This document shows positions 37,668-48,245 of a DNA stretch of 64,000 bases, in pieces. This DNA comes from an uncultured Acidobacteriota bacterium (GTDB lineage: Bacteria > Acidobacteriota > Vicinamibacteria > Marinacidobacterales > DATDRI01). Made by a program: the position numbers and the translations under genes. How positions within the stretch are numbered: the first letter of the stretch is position 1; each line of letters begins with the position of its first letter. Where the stretch lies: NCBI GenBank assembly GCA_963697355.1, contig CAVONV010000023.1, forward strand, positions 1,362,400-1,426,399. The letters run 5' to 3'. The notes below the pieces were generated by a model, which saw only the letters and a program-made list of their open reading frames with translations, did no database searches and was not told the origin of the DNA.

Positions 37668-39902
37668 TCAGACTAGAAGCGGAATAGGCGGGTGAACTTC
37701 AACACAAGGCTCCGGTTCTCGAGTTGTGGGGGTCGCCCGAGCGCGGTGTTGCGCCCATCGGTGTAGACCACGTAGAGATCGCTTCCGGGCTGGTACTCCC
37801 AGCGGAAACGGATGTTGGTGGAGAAGGCCGAGCTCTCCGAGTTGTATTGGACGAGAGCGGCGATGAAGGCGCGGGGCGAGAACGTATAGTTGGCGCGAAT
37901 GCGGTACACCTGCGCGACGAAACTCCCTTCTTCCAAATCCACCCAGTTGACGGAAAAGCCGGGCTCGAGTGAAAGCTGTGGTGTCACCTCGATCCGGCCC
38001 ATCTCGTAACCCACCTCGGCCCGATTGCCGCTGTAGAAGCTGCCGTATCCGGCGCTCAGACCACCGGAAACCCGGCGTTGCGGTCCCAAACGGTAGGAAA
38101 GCTTCCACGGATTGATAGGTGTAACCTCCTGTCGGGATGATGATGCCGTCCGTGATCTCGAACTCCTCGTCCAAGAAGTCGAAACTGTGGCGGTAGGTCA
38201 ATTCCAGATTGTCACCACTCTCGAAATCGGGCCCCGTCTCGACCTCGATCTCGCGGGTCTCCAGCACACCTCCGTTGTTGGTGTAGTAGTCGATGCTTCC
38301 CTCGAGGCTGTACCTCCGGATCGCCTCGACGGAGGGGACTCTCGGGCTGAAGCGAAGTCGTGCCGCACTTTTTTGGAAATCATCCCGTCTCAAAAAGCCG
38401 ACTTCGGGATTGAAGTTTTCCTCGACCACGAGCCTCTCGACCTCGACGCCATAGCGGTCTCCGCCGTACTCGAAGCTGGCCCTATAACTCGAGTCGTTCC
38501 CCTCGTAGTCGGATGTCGAGCTTCGCGCCCAGTAGGCGTTGATATTCACGTTTTGAAAGAAAGTGAAATTACCGTCGATACCGAACACATTATTGGAGCC
38601 GGATGTCTCAACGGACTCGGACCGGTAGGTCCCGACAAAGCCGATGTTGCTGCGGCGGAAAACGTCGCGCTTGACGCGTAACACACCAAAATTGGTGGTC
38701 GGAATCTGCGAACCCACAGAATCGGTCTGCATGGCGAGAGCGCCGATCGAATAAGCTCCGGCGCGGCCCGTTATCCTACCGCCGGCATTGATCGGCACGG
38801 CCACATTTACATCATCGGCCTCATCGAGCCCGATACGACGGCTGAAGAACATGATGGGAGTGTCGGAGTGTCCACCCCAGGCACCGGTCTCCCGTCCACC
38901 GAAGTTGAAGATGCCTTGGCCTTCGAGAAAGAAATCGCGCTTTTCCGGGAAGAAGAGACTGAATCGAGTGAGGTTGACTTGCTCCTCGTCGTTCTCGACC
39001 TGAGCGAAATCGGTGTTGTAGGTGAAATCGGTGGTAAGACTCCGCGTCAGCCCATACTTGACGTCGAAGCCCAGGTCGGCGTCGAAGTCGTTCTCGTAGG
39101 GCTCGTCTGCCGTGAGGTCCGTGCGGAGGCCGGAGGTCACGTAAGGTTTGAGCTCGAGGTTGAGCGATCGAGAAGGAGGCTCGATGCCCTCCAGCGTAGC
39201 CGCTTGCGATAGCTTCAGAAGTCCATCGTGACGGAAAGCCGCGGCAATGGGTGCCAAATGGCTCGTCTCGTTCTTCCACTGCACGATGCGCTGAAAATTC
39301 ACCCCCCACGTCTGGGTACCACCCGGAAGGTAACGTAAAGACTTGAAAGGGATTTCCATTTCCACCGTCCACCCTTGGGCGAATCGTCCGGTCTTGACTT
39401 TCCATACGGTGTTCCAGTCGCTGTTGGTGTTGGACTCGTCGGTTACCTGCGCGTCATAGAGCGCACCCAAAGGATTGGTGTGAAACAGAAACCCGTTCCG
39501 CCGGTCGTGAAAGGTGTCGAGGATGATCGCGAAGTTCTCGTTGTGATCGATGTTGTGAGAGTCCCGGCGCATCTCGTTGGCCACCATCCGTTCCGGGTGG
39601 CTGTCCCAGCAGCGGGCCGAGACGTAGAGACTGTCCTGACTATAGAAAAACCAAACGTCCGTATCTTCGGTCGCGGGTTGGCCTTCCAGCGGCTCCTGCT
39701 GAACGAAACCGTTGGCCGGATCGAATTTCGCGTAGATCTCATCATCGAGCTTACCGTCGAGATCCAAAGGTTCATCGATGCGAAACGCGGTCATCGTGAT
39801 TCGGCCGGTCTCGTCCCGAGAGAGTAGATCTCGCGCCTCATCCGCCCAAACCGCTCGACAGAGTGTGAGCACCACCAGAATTGCAGCATACCGGGCAATC
39901 AT
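37668..39902 (-). CDS. DUF5916 / carbohydrate-binding-family-9-like outer-membrane protein; frameshift near 38100 separates the last ~135 codons
   Basis: N-terminal signal peptide and ...DGKLDDEIYAKFDP...HNENFAIILDTFHDRRNGFLF... The true C-terminus (…YRIRANYTF…LKFTRLFRF) is in ORF 37673..38089 in another frame. The tail of the 744-aa ORF is out-of-frame sequence. Confidence 0.65.
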   Translation of the reverse strand: MIARYAAILVVLTLCRAVWADEARDLLSRDETGRITMTAFRIDEPLDLDGKLDDEIYAKFDPANGFVQQEPLEGQPATEDTDVWFFYSQDSLYVSARCWDSHPERMVANEMRRDSHNIDHNENFAIILDTFHDRRNGFLFHTNPLGALYDAQVTDESNTNSDWNTVWKVKTGRFAQGWTVEMEIPFKSLRYLPGGTQTWGVNFQRIVQWKNETSHLAPIAAAFRHDGLLKLSQAATLEGIEPPSRSLNLELKPYVTSGLRTDLTADEPYENDFDADLGFDVKYGLTRSLTTDFTYNTDFAQVENDEEQVNLTRFSLFFPEKRDFFLEGQGIFNFGGRETGAWGGHSDTPIMFFSRRIGLDEADDVNVAVPINAGGRITGRAGAYSIGALAMQTDSVGSQIPTTNFGVLRVKRDVFRRSNIGFVGTYRSESVETSGSNNVFGIDGNFTFFQNVNINAYWARSSTSDYEGNDSSYRASFEYGGDRYGVEVERLVVEENFNPEVGFLRRDDFQKSAARLRFSPRVPSVEAIRRYSLEGSIDYYTNNGGVLETREIEVETGPDFESGDNLELTYRHSFDFLDEEFEITDGIIIPTGGYTYQSVEAFLPFGTATPGFRWSERRIRQLLQRQSGRGGLRDGPDRGDTTAFTRARLFRQLGGFGRREFRRAGVPHSRQLYVLAPRLHRRSRPIQLGELGLLHQHPFPLGVPARKRSLRGLHRWAQHRARATPTTREPEPCVEVHPPIPLLV

Positions 39903-40074
39903 GTCGTTTGTTCGACCTCCACCTGGAATTGTCGGAGATGAGGCGCCCGGTGTGGTTAAGAGAACGTAAAATCTTGGTACGGATAGAATAGGTAATCTCC
40001 ATCTTCAGCGGCGGGTCGAAGGTGAAGGGTTTCAATTCGGCGATTCGTTCTGATTTGACGAAGTGCCCCCACGG

Positions 40075-40804
40075 TTAGCGGCGGAGAATGCGCCGAGGGA
40101 ATGAGGATGTGCCAACTTCTCCTACGAATTTGTATCCGAGTCCCCGTACCGTCAGGATGAATCGCGGATTGTGGGGATCGGGCTCGAGCTTCTGCCGCAG
40201 CCATGCGATGTGAACGTCGACCGTCCGGGTCGACGGCATGGCATCGACACCCCAGACTGCGTCTAGGAGATCGTTTCGCGACAGGAGGACGTCCTGGTTC
40301 TCGATGAGATGCCGCAGGAGCTGATACTCGAGCGCGGAGAGCTTCACGGCTACACCGTTTCGAACAACATTCGCACTCACGAAGTTCACCTCCACCTCGC
40401 CGAAGCGAAACTCCATTATGCGCGGTTCAGGTGAAGACCGCCTCAGCAAGGCCTTGATACGTGCCAAGAGCTCGATGAACTCGAACGGTTTGGTTAGATA
40501 GTCGTCCGCTCCGAGGTCGAGTCCTTCCACCTTGTCCGTCACCTGAGCGCGTGCGGTGAGCATCAGGATAGGTGTGTCGATGCCGCCGTGACGAAGCGCC
40601 AGGCACACGTCGAAGCCGCTTTTCTTCGGCAGCATGACGTCGAGGAGGATCAGATCGTAAGTGTGATCCTTGGCCCGTCGGAGACCAGCGTCTCCGTCTC
40701 GTTCACAATCGACCCGGTACCCTTCGCTGCCCAAACGGTCGGATAGGGCAAGGACCAGGGACGCGGTCGTCCTCGACGAGGAGAATCCGTTCCCTACGTG
40801 TCAT
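40075..40804 (-). pseudogene. OmpR-family response regulator with frameshift near its 5' end (~40760)
   Basis: ATG at 40802-40804 gives MTRRERILLVEDDR, then the frame is lost. The remainder (..ASLVLALSDRLGSEGYRVDCERDGDAGL...LTARAQVTDKVEGLDLGADDYLTKPF...wHTH) is in the 219-aa ORF in another frame. Confidence 0.6.
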
Positions 40805-42457
40805 TCGCGGACTCCGCCCTGGGCAAGCGAACGGTGATCATCGTTCCCTTGCCGAGCTCGCTCTCCGCGGTCACCCGACCGCCTTGTGCCTCGAGAATTC
40901 TCTTCACGATGCTCAACCCCAACCCGCTTCCTTCGATTTGTTGTTCTCGGGCATTACTCCCCCGATAGAAAGGCTCGAAGATACGGGGGAGCTCCGAGGC
41001 ATGGATTCCGCACCCCTCGTCTTCCACGGCGACTTGCACGTGCTTGTCTCCGTGTGTGGCGCGGATCCGGATGGTGCTTTTCTCGGGAGAGAACTTCACC
41101 GCGTTGGTGAGGATGTTCTTAATGGTCATCTTCAGCGAACGTGGATTTCCGAGGACCGGCGGCAGACCTTCCGAAAAGTCCATCTCCACCTCGGTCGCTC
41201 GGTTGGTGGTCCAGGCTTTTGTCGACTCGATGGCGTCCTCGATTGCCTCCACGACGTCCAGCGAGCGCATCTCGTAAGGATTGGCCCGACTCCATTCGAG
41301 AAAAGAGCAGGACCCGCTCGAGCATGTCGCCGAGACGACGCGTCTCCCCGTGTATGGCTCTTCCGTACTCGCGTGCGCGCTCTGAGATCCTGGATGACCC
41401 CATCCGCCAGGTTCTCGCTCAGGGATGAGATCCCGGCTAGAGGCGTCCTAATCTCGTGAGAGACCCCGGCCACGAACTCCACCTGCTGGCGCGCGAGAGC
41501 GTTTGCGCGTCGTGTTGTCGCGACCAACATGGCCATGCTAACGCCCAATAAGACCAACGCACCGAATGCCACTGCGATGTTGCGGAAACGCGTGGTCGCA
41601 ACGGCCTCTCTCCAGAGAACCGGCTCGGTGCCGGATGAGAAATTTCCATCTTTGTGTATTGTCGCGCCGACTGCGAAGACGCAGTCCGAACAAACCCCCC
41701 TCCTCGTCGGGCTCAGTGAAGTCTTTCGGCGTCAGTCCAGGTTCGGAGCGGTAAATGACCACATCCGGGCGGGTTGCGTCGACGATGAGAACGTCGTAGT
41801 CCAGTTCGTCGCCGGTCGCGAAGTACTCTCGGATGCGCTCCGGAAGGATTCTGCTCCGCAAGGCGTCACGGTCGAGCGTCACGGCTACGCAGCCGTCTCC
41901 CAAGACGAGCAGCGCCGGCGCATCCGGTTGCAGTTCGAGGCCACTGGCCGAAGGCTCGGAATACCGGCCTCCCCGTTCGTCCTCGTCTCGTCTTCTCTCG
42001 GAGTTGGATCGATGGTCTCGCCGGTCGAAATACGCAAGTAAATCGTCTTCGATGGGGCTCAGCCAATCCGGCTGTTTCACGGTTTCGAGGCCTTGGCCCG
42101 CTGGATCGAGCCTCTGGATGCTGAGTTTTCTTCGGTGCCCCCCCGGAATGATCCAGTAGATACTGTCAACGAGCTCGGGATGAGACGCTGCACTTGCCCA
42201 TTCCTCGTACGCTTCGGTGAGCCTATCCTCTTCGGAACCGTTGCCAGAAAGGCGTGCAGCGGAACTCGTCGTAGAGGCGCGTGAGATCGCGGTCGAAGTC
42301 GCTGCAGAACCGTTCGGTGGACCAATGCAACGTCGAGCGCATCCGATTGTGCTCCAATTCGCTCAGCGTCCCCAACCACCGATATTGAAGCGAATGCCAG
42401 CGCCGGCAATAGGGCGGCCGTCAAAAAAACGGCAAAGACCGTTGCGCGCGATTTCAC
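40794..42457 (-). pseudogene. Sensor histidine kinase split across at least five frame segments (TM/sensor, HisKA, HATPase_c)
   Basis: HATPase_c is in ORF 40794..41270. The linker is in 41119..41403. TM2 plus HisKA (FVAGVSHEIRTPLAGI) is in 41132..41572. Putative sensor domain and TM1 are in 41538..42080 and 42077..42457. The frame goes 1 to 2 to 1 to 0 to 2. Confidence 0.5.
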
Positions 42458-42575
42458 GCATCAAGCATAGATCATTCGAGCGGGCAAATCGTTAAGAGAA
42501 CGTTAAGGAGAGAACAAACTCTCATTCAGGTGTTGATGATGTGCCAAACGACCAACCCTGACGGAATGCGGTTCG

Positions 42576-43181
42576 TTACTCGATGAAGCCGTACTTCTTC
42601 ATCACCTTTCGGACCTCTTTTGCCGTATTCGCAACGGTTTTTGCCGCGTCTTTGGGATTTTTGTGTTGGGTGAGACCGGACCACACGAGTTTTCCGTCGC
42701 TGGCGTCATAAATCGTCGTCTCGACACCAACGAACCGATCCTCTCGGTAGTAGCCGGGAGAATAGACGACCGGGTAGGCCCAGGAGTAGTACCCCCAAAA
42801 AGAGTAGTAGGGCGCAGGGTAGCTCCCCGAAACGTAGCTGACCTCTTTCTGGTCGTAGACGGGTCGCATGACAATGACACCGTTCACACCCGAGTCGGCG
42901 ACGGCTTTTTTGAGCTCGCTCTCGCTCACGAGCTGTTCGGAGGGTATCACCCTGTAGGCGGCGATCGCCTCGGCTTTCTTGATTTGCTTCACCATCTCAT
43001 CTTCGCCGGCCTGACGAACGAATTTATCTTGGACGAGAACGAGGGCCATGACTTTGTCGAACTTGAGGGGTCCCCTCTCGGGGTAAACCCAGTTCTTGAC
43101 CATTTGGGTCGATGCACAACCAAAAGTGACGAGGACGAGTAATGACAGTGAGGTTAGACGCAACATGTTTGTTTTCATCAA
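42576..43181 (-). CDS. Putative lipoprotein (201 aa) of unknown function
   Basis: Signal peptide with Cys (LLVLVTFGCAST). Confidence 0.55.
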   Translation of the reverse strand: MMKTNMLRLTSLSLLVLVTFGCASTQMVKNWVYPERGPLKFDKVMALVLVQDKFVRQAGEDEMVKQIKKAEAIAAYRVIPSEQLVSESELKKAVADSGVNGVIVMRPVYDQKEVSYVSGSYPAPYYSFWGYYSWAYPVVYSPGYYREDRFVGVETTIYDASDGKLVWSGLTQHKNPKDAAKTVANTAKEVRKVMKKYGFIE

Positions 43182-43218
43182 TGCTCCTTGTGTTTGCCGG
43201 CGTCACCCGACAGCGGGT

Positions 43219-44607
43219 CTAGAGCGATCCGCCTCTTGTTCGTTTGACGAATCGGCCATGACCAAGCTTTCCCACGAACTTGCCGTTCTCGGCAACAACG
43301 GCGCCGCGACTGAGTGTCACGTCGGGAAAACCGTACATCTCGATGCCCTGGTAGGGTGACCAGTCACAATTTGTTTCCATCTGTCGGTAGTCGATGGTCC
43401 GGCTCTTTTCGGGATCGATGATAGCGAGGTCCGCATCGGCGCCTACAGCAATGGTGCCTTTTTGGGGGTAGAGGCCGAAGAGCTTGGCAGGGTGCGTAGC
43501 GATCAACGAAACGAGATGGTTCAAGCTGAACTTCTTCTCTCGGTATCCGAAGGTAAAGATGCTCGGCAGCAAGGTCTCGACTCCGGGCATCCCAAAAGGT
43601 ATGCGGGTGAAATCTCCTTCCCACATGGCCTTCTGAGTCTTGTCGAACGTGCAGGTATCGGTGGCGACGATGGGGACCTCGCCGTCGACGAGTCCTTTCC
43701 AGAGCCGCTCGCTGTCGTAAGGTTTCTTGACCTGAGGGCAGGTCGCGAAAAGATGCCCCTCGGAACCCTTGAACACCTCGTCGTTGAGCAAGAGGTATTG
43801 TGGACAGGTCTCGCAGTCGACCGGGACGCCATTCTCCTTGGCCGCTTTAACCAAGTCGGCGCCTTCCCCCGTGGACATGTGCACGATGTAGAGGTGACCG
43901 CCGGTGACCTCGGACCACTTGATGGCTCGCTGGATGGCTTCCGACTCGGTGAACGAGGGCCGGGAGAGCGTGTGTGCGTAGGCGCCCCATTTTTCTTTGT
44001 CTTTGAGGTATTTATCGATCAGGACGTTGAGCACGCCTTCGCTTTCGGCATGCACCATGATCATGCCGTCGTAGTCTTTAGCGGTAGCAAGAGCGGAATA
44101 AAGAGCCGCATCATCCGATTGCCAGCCCTCGCGTTTATAGATCATGAACATTTTGAACGACGGGATCCCGAAATCGATGACGTCCGGTAGCTCGGCGGCA
44201 ATCTCGTCACTCCACTTGGTAATGATGCTATGCAGAGAGTAATCCACACAGACTTTCGGCTCGGCTGCCGCCATCCGATTCTGGATCCCTTCCATCAGGC
44301 CTTTGTCCGCATCCTGGGTGGCGAAGTCGATGAGCGTCGTGACACCGCCTGCAGCCGCGGCTTTGGTGCCGGTGGTGAAGTCATCGGCGGAGACGGTGCC
44401 GCAGAAAGGTAGCTCGAGGTGAACATGGACGTCGATACAGCCGGGGAGAACGAATTTGCCCTTCGCATCGATGAATCTGGTGCCGTTGAGTGGAGTTAGG
44501 TTCTGGCCCAAGGCGACGATCTTCTCTCCCGTGATCCCAACGTCAGCGACAAAGGAATCCGATGCTGTAACGACCGTTCCGCCTTTCACGACCGTGTCAA
44601 AACTCAT
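43219..44607 (-). CDS. Dihydropyrimidinase / D-hydantoinase (cyclic amidohydrolase)
   Basis: GCIDVHVHLE metal-binding start, carboxylated-Lys region (FKMFMIYK), and HAE...DTCTFD blocks. 462 aa. Confidence 0.85.
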   Translation of the reverse strand: MSFDTVVKGGTVVTASDSFVADVGITGEKIVALGQNLTPLNGTRFIDAKGKFVLPGCIDVHVHLELPFCGTVSADDFTTGTKAAAAGGVTTLIDFATQDADKGLMEGIQNRMAAAEPKVCVDYSLHSIITKWSDEIAAELPDVIDFGIPSFKMFMIYKREGWQSDDAALYSALATAKDYDGMIMVHAESEGVLNVLIDKYLKDKEKWGAYAHTLSRPSFTESEAIQRAIKWSEVTGGHLYIVHMSTGEGADLVKAAKENGVPVDCETCPQYLLLNDEVFKGSEGHLFATCPQVKKPYDSERLWKGLVDGEVPIVATDTCTFDKTQKAMWEGDFTRIPFGMPGVETLLPSIFTFGYREKKFSLNHLVSLIATHPAKLFGLYPQKGTIAVGADADLAIIDPEKSRTIDYRQMETNCDWSPYQGIEMYGFPDVTLSRGAVVAENGKFVGKLGHGRFVKRTRGGSL

Positions 44608-44844
44608 GGCGTGGGCCTCCCTTCACTTTTCTGCCAAGCCGAAGTCGAATTAAAGGGATGATAGTGAAAGGTCTCACACGATGCAACCCATCGGGGCATC
44701 CATCGGCAGGAGGGGCGGCGTGAGCCAGAGAATCGGGTTGATTTCCTGCCCGAGGTGAGAAAGACTGGTGTCACGTTGTTCTTGCCGACCGTTCCATTTG
44801 AGGGGGCGGCAGAGGACCCTTCCACTCTTACAAGTGAGGTTGTC

Positions 44845-45849
44845 ATGAGCAAACCGCCATTGGAGTTTGCAATCACCTTTAAGGGCGACATGACCCCCGA
44901 GCGGACCGTCGCTCTCGCAAAAAAGGCTGAGGATTTGGGCTTCACCTCTGTTTGGACCTTCGACTCCCACGTACTGTGGAAGGATCCCTATCCGATGCTG
45001 ACGTTGCTCGCGGCCAACACGGAGAAAGTCCGCCTCGGTACACTGGTGACCAATCCCGGGGTTCGCGACTGGACGGTGACGGCCAGTACGTTGGCCACCA
45101 TGAACATCATCTCGGGCGGGCGCATGGACATGGGAATCGGGCGCGGAGATAGCTCGCGGCGAGTGCTCGGTCGACGTCCGAACAACGTCGCCACCCTCAA
45201 GGAGTCCGTGGAGGTCATCAGAAATCTGGTCGCCGGCGAAGAGGTCGATTTCGAAGATGGAAAGGTTCAGCTCAAGTGGGCCAGCGGCAAGCTGCCGGTG
45301 TGGGTGGCGGGGTACGGACCGAAAGCACTCCGCGTCATCGGCGAGGTCGGCGACGGTGCCGTCCTACAGATTGCCGACACCTTCTTGATCAAATGGTTCA
45401 CCGAGACGATTCGAGAAAATGCCGAACGAGTGGGCAGGAAAGGCTCCGACGTCAAGATCATGTCTGCGGCACCGGTCTGGGTGTCCGATGACATTGCTAA
45501 GTGTCGAGAACAGGTCCGATGGTTTCCCGCCATGGTGGGAAACCACGTGGCGGATTTGGTCGAGCGCTATCATTCGGGAGAGCTCCCGGTTGAGCTCACG
45601 ACCTACATCAAAGGGCGCAAAGGGTACGACTATCAGGAGCATGCCGACAAAGATGCCGAGCATCTCGACTTCATCACCGACGATGTGATCGATCGGTTCA
45701 CTATCGTCGGGCCTCCTGACGCCCACCGGCGAAAGCTCGAGGAGTTGATCGAGGTCGGAGTCGATCAGTTCAACATCTATTTGATGAGCGGAGACGAGGA
45801 GCGCACGCTCGACGTCTACGGTGAGGAGATCATCCCCGCGTTCCGTTGA
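44845..45849 (+). CDS. LLM-class (luciferase-like) flavin/F420-dependent oxidoreductase
   Basis: Start MSKPPLEF (GAGGT SD). TIM-barrel LLM pattern ...FTSVWTFDSHVLW...GRMDMGIGRGDS... Confidence 0.7.
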   Translation: MSKPPLEFAITFKGDMTPERTVALAKKAEDLGFTSVWTFDSHVLWKDPYPMLTLLAANTEKVRLGTLVTNPGVRDWTVTASTLATMNIISGGRMDMGIGRGDSSRRVLGRRPNNVATLKESVEVIRNLVAGEEVDFEDGKVQLKWASGKLPVWVAGYGPKALRVIGEVGDGAVLQIADTFLIKWFTETIRENAERVGRKGSDVKIMSAAPVWVSDDIAKCREQVRWFPAMVGNHVADLVERYHSGELPVELTTYIKGRKGYDYQEHADKDAEHLDFITDDVIDRFTIVGPPDAHRRKLEELIEVGVDQFNIYLMSGDEERTLDVYGEEIIPAFR

Positions 45850-45861
45850 TCGACGATCCGA

Positions 45862-47178
45862 CTAATCCCGCAGGTCCACCTCGCTGAAGGCCTGATCGAA
45901 TTTCTTCAGTGCGTCATCGACATCAGCCTTGGTGATGTTGAGCGCTGGGCTGATACGTAAGGCATTGCCGAAAAGGCCGCCTTTGCCGACGATGAGACCG
46001 TTGTCCTTGGCTTTTTCCATGAACATGGCCGTCGCCTTGGTTGCGGGAGCCTTCCCCTCTCCGACGAGCTCCAAAGCTTGCATGAGTCCCTTACCCCGCA
46101 CATCTCCGATGAGGGGATACTTCTTCGCCAGCTCCTCGAGCCCTGCTCTCAGATAGTCGCCAACGACGCGGGCGTTTTCTCTGAGATTCTCCTTTTCGAT
46201 GACGTCGATGACGGCTCGCGCCGCGGTCATGCTGACCGGGTTGCCGCCAAAGGTGGAGATGTGATTCCCCTTGATGCTCTCGGCGATGTCGGAACGCGTG
46301 ACGGTAGCTCCAATCGGAGCCCCGTTAGCCATACCTTTGGCAAACGTCATGATGTCCGGTTCGACGCCCCAGTGCTCGATCCCGAACCAATAGTCTCCGG
46401 TTCTGCCCCAGCCGGTTTGAACTTCGTCGCCAATGAAGAAGCCACCGTACTTCTTGACGATTTCCACGGCGATTTTGAAGTACTCCGGAGGTGGAGTGAT
46501 GAAGCCTCCTACACCTTGGATCGGCTCGGCAATGAACGCTGCAAGCCGGCCCGAGGTGGTGGTCTGTATCACCTCTTCGATGTCGCGAGCGCAGCGGATA
46601 TCGCACGATGGGTACGTCTGGCCGAACGGGCATCTGTAGCAGTAGGCGTTGGCGACATGTTTGATACCCGCCACGTGGGTGCCGCCCAGGCGCCAGCTCG
46701 CGTGGCCGGTCATGGACATGGCCAGGAGCGACCTGCCGCTGTAGCTATGGCGCAGCGCCAGAATCTCTCCGGACCCGCCGTAGAGCTGAGCCATCAAGAT
46801 GGCGGTCTCGTTGGCCTCCGTTCCCGAGTTGGTGAAAAAGCTCTTATCGAGGTCGCCGGGCGTGATTTGAGCCAGCTTCTCCGCCACCGAGACCATGGGC
46901 TCGTTGGGATAAAGCGTGGACACGTGCTGGAGTGTGTCCAGCTGTTCCTTCATCCGTGAGGTCACTTCGGGGTGGCAATGGCCCACACTGACGGTGAGGA
47001 TGCCGCCAAAAAAGTCGAGGTACTCCCGACCCTCGGCATCATACAGGTAGTTTCCCTTGGCTCGGACGAACGGCAGAGGGTGAGAGAAGTAGTTGGCAAC
47101 CGAGGGGAAAACGTACCGGCGATGCTTGTCGACGATTTCTTCACCTTTCATGGGAACGCGTTTCGTATCTGTACTCAT
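45862..47178 (-). CDS. Class-III (omega) PLP aminotransferase (beta-alanine/GABA aminotransferase-like)
   Basis: TNSGTEANETAI, IGDEVQTGWGRTGDYW, TFAKGMANG are class-III AT signatures. Confidence 0.85.
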   Translation of the reverse strand: MSTDTKRVPMKGEEIVDKHRRYVFPSVANYFSHPLPFVRAKGNYLYDAEGREYLDFFGGILTVSVGHCHPEVTSRMKEQLDTLQHVSTLYPNEPMVSVAEKLAQITPGDLDKSFFTNSGTEANETAILMAQLYGGSGEILALRHSYSGRSLLAMSMTGHASWRLGGTHVAGIKHVANAYCYRCPFGQTYPSCDIRCARDIEEVIQTTTSGRLAAFIAEPIQGVGGFITPPPEYFKIAVEIVKKYGGFFIGDEVQTGWGRTGDYWFGIEHWGVEPDIMTFAKGMANGAPIGATVTRSDIAESIKGNHISTFGGNPVSMTAARAVIDVIEKENLRENARVVGDYLRAGLEELAKKYPLIGDVRGKGLMQALELVGEGKAPATKATAMFMEKAKDNGLIVGKGGLFGNALRISPALNITKADVDDALKKFDQAFSEVDLRD

Positions 47179-47180
47179 GA

Positions 47181-48050
47181 TTACACCTCTGTCATGGGAT
47201 CGTAACTCTCGGGACGGCGATCACGGAAGAACTGCCAAACGTGTCGTACCTCCGCGATCTCGTCCAGATCGAGATCGGCCACGACCACTTCATCCTTGTC
47301 ACGACTTGCTTCGGCGATGATCTTGCCGCGGGGACTACAAAAGTAGCTCGTACCGTAGAACTCGCCGATGTCCCAGGGCTTCTCGCGACCGACACGATTG
47401 ATGGCCCCCACGAAGTACTGATTGGCGACGGCATGAGCGGGTTGTTCGAGCTTCCATAGGTACTCTGAGAGGCCGGCCACCGTGGCCGAGGGGTTGAAGA
47501 CGATCTCCGCGCCGTTCAAACCTAGGATGCGCGCTCCCTCCGGAAAGTGGCGGTCGTAACAAATGTAGACTCCCACGCGACCCACGGCGGTCTCGAAGAC
47601 CGGATAGCCCAGGTTGCCTGGTTTGAAATAGAACTTCTCCCAGAATCCCGGCTCACAGTGCGGTATGTGGTGCTTGCGGTACTTGCCTAGGTAGCTACCG
47701 TCGGCATCGATCACGGCGGCCGTGTTGTAGAAGACCCCCGTCATGTCCTCTTCGTAGATCGGCACTACGAGGACGATACCGAACTTTTTCGCCTGATCTT
47801 GCATGAGCTTGATCGTCGGTCCGTCGGGGACTCGTTCGACGAGCTCATACCAACGGGTCTTCTGCTCGGCACAAAAGTAGGGCCCGTAGAAGAGCTCCTG
47901 AAGACAGAGTACCTGGACATCTTTGCCGGCCGCTTCTTCGATGAGGTCCAGGTGTTTGTCGATCATGCGTTTTCTGATCTGGTCGGTGGGGTCAGTTCCC
48001 GGCCCCGAGGTCGAGGCTTGAATGAGTCCTCCACGTACGATACGAGCCAT
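47181..48050 (-). CDS. Carbon-nitrogen hydrolase (beta-ureidopropionase / N-carbamoyl-amino-acid amidohydrolase-like)
   Basis: Nitrilase-superfamily E-K-C triad context: LQELF, KYRKHHIP, VGVYICYDRHFPE. Confidence 0.8.
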   Translation of the reverse strand: MARIVRGGLIQASTSGPGTDPTDQIRKRMIDKHLDLIEEAAGKDVQVLCLQELFYGPYFCAEQKTRWYELVERVPDGPTIKLMQDQAKKFGIVLVVPIYEEDMTGVFYNTAAVIDADGSYLGKYRKHHIPHCEPGFWEKFYFKPGNLGYPVFETAVGRVGVYICYDRHFPEGARILGLNGAEIVFNPSATVAGLSEYLWKLEQPAHAVANQYFVGAINRVGREKPWDIGEFYGTSYFCSPRGKIIAEASRDKDEVVVADLDLDEIAEVRHVWQFFRDRRPESYDPMTEV

Positions 48051-48245
48051 CGCGATACTCCTTTCTCGAACGCGGGTCCAATTTCACGGAGGTTACCACC
48101 AGCTCTCAGAAAATAAAACCTTCGTCAAGTGACTCTCCCGATGTCCAACCGGAGGGATTTCAGTGCCGTGCGTTCTCGTCACTGCGAGCGATTTCGGTTG
48201 CTCCCGTGACGCACCTTCGGAGCTCATCGGGTGAGAGACAAAGCT

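Noticed and set aside
38821-39405. 194-aa minus-strand ORF and neighbouring plus-strand ORFs
   Set aside because: Alternative frames inside the DUF5916 gene.
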